Source: Tubiluchus corallicola
Lineage: Eukaryota; Animalia; Priapulida
Length of the DNA: 64,000 bases
Direction: 5' to 3'
NCBI GenBank assembly: GCA_030141605.1
Contig: JAQGDQ010000639.1
Coordinates: forward strand, 1 to 64,000
Positions within the stretch are counted from its first letter, which is position 1; every line of letters starts with the position of its first letter. A program made the translations under genes and the position numbers. The notes beneath the pieces were generated by a model, which saw nothing but the letters and a program-made list of their open reading frames with translations, did not search any database and was not told where the DNA came from. Shown here in pieces: positions 63,455-64,000 of this stretch.

Positions 63455-63650
63455 AGAAAGTGCCTGACTGGCAGGAACCGCAATTACTGCAGGACCTACA
63501 AGCGGCCACTGGACTAGATCTGCAAGTTACGTCCCGCAAGAAGGGACGCGGTAAGGGCCGTGGAAAGAAGAGCAAAGATTCGGGTCTGACAAATTTGAAA
63601 GCCAAAGACAACACAGCAAGGTCTAGGCTAGAAAAGAAAGTGTTTAAGCG
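63455..63650 (+). CDS. UVSSA: UVSSA coding exon 14 (gene continues past the window)
   Basis: KVPDWQEPQLLQDLQAATGLDLQ...KKGRGKGRGKK...LTNLKAKDNTARSRLEKKVFK. Confidence 0.94.
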
Positions 63651-64000
63651 GTATGTTTATATGTATTGTAACTGTATTTATATATAATTTATAATATAAT
63701 ATAATTGTACTCGTATCTCGGTTTGCCAGAGAAAAGCAGGGGGACATCGGTCCGAATTTTCCAATACTAAGCTAATACAGTAAGGGTCGTGTATTAGACT
63801 TATGGTAATGCATAATCAATCCCATAATTGTCTCAAAAATGTCTTTAGTACGGGCCACTCCTGTGCAAAATTCTGTTGGCAATTGACTTGAATAACTCCG
63901 CATAATTGACTGTGACTCACTTACACATGCTGATTAAACCACTAAACACGCTGACACACAAGCTATACACGTGTCATTACACGCTGCTTGGATATAATCA

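Overview
Eukaryotic (invertebrate animal) genomic DNA, AT-rich and dense in repeats. Two conserved host genes bracket the window: the last coding exon of the nuclear receptor COUP-TF/NR2F (+, 7693-7973) and 14 exons of the transcription-coupled repair scaffold UVSSA (+, 42729 to beyond the window end). Between them, on the minus strand, is a cluster of three lineage-specific secreted low-complexity protein genes. Genes A and B are built as a short signal-peptide exon joined by a phase-1 intron to one large repeat exon. Gene A is Met/Asn/Gln-rich with a 28-aa repeat, and its signal exon is tandemly copied five times. Gene B has a furin-type site, an Asp-rich tract and a basic tail. Gene C is a greatly expanded, disabled paralogue of B that arose in a tandem segmental duplication; no signal exon was found for it. 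The duplicated block carries a decayed Polinton/adintovirus segment (ATPase, GG-motif core protein, integrase-chromodomain, penton). Also present: an I/Jockey-like LINE, RTE fragments, two 5S-rRNA-derived SINEs, a pogo-like MITE, Helentron-like elements, and many mini- and microsatellites. All calls were made by eye and by manual translation; no searches were run.
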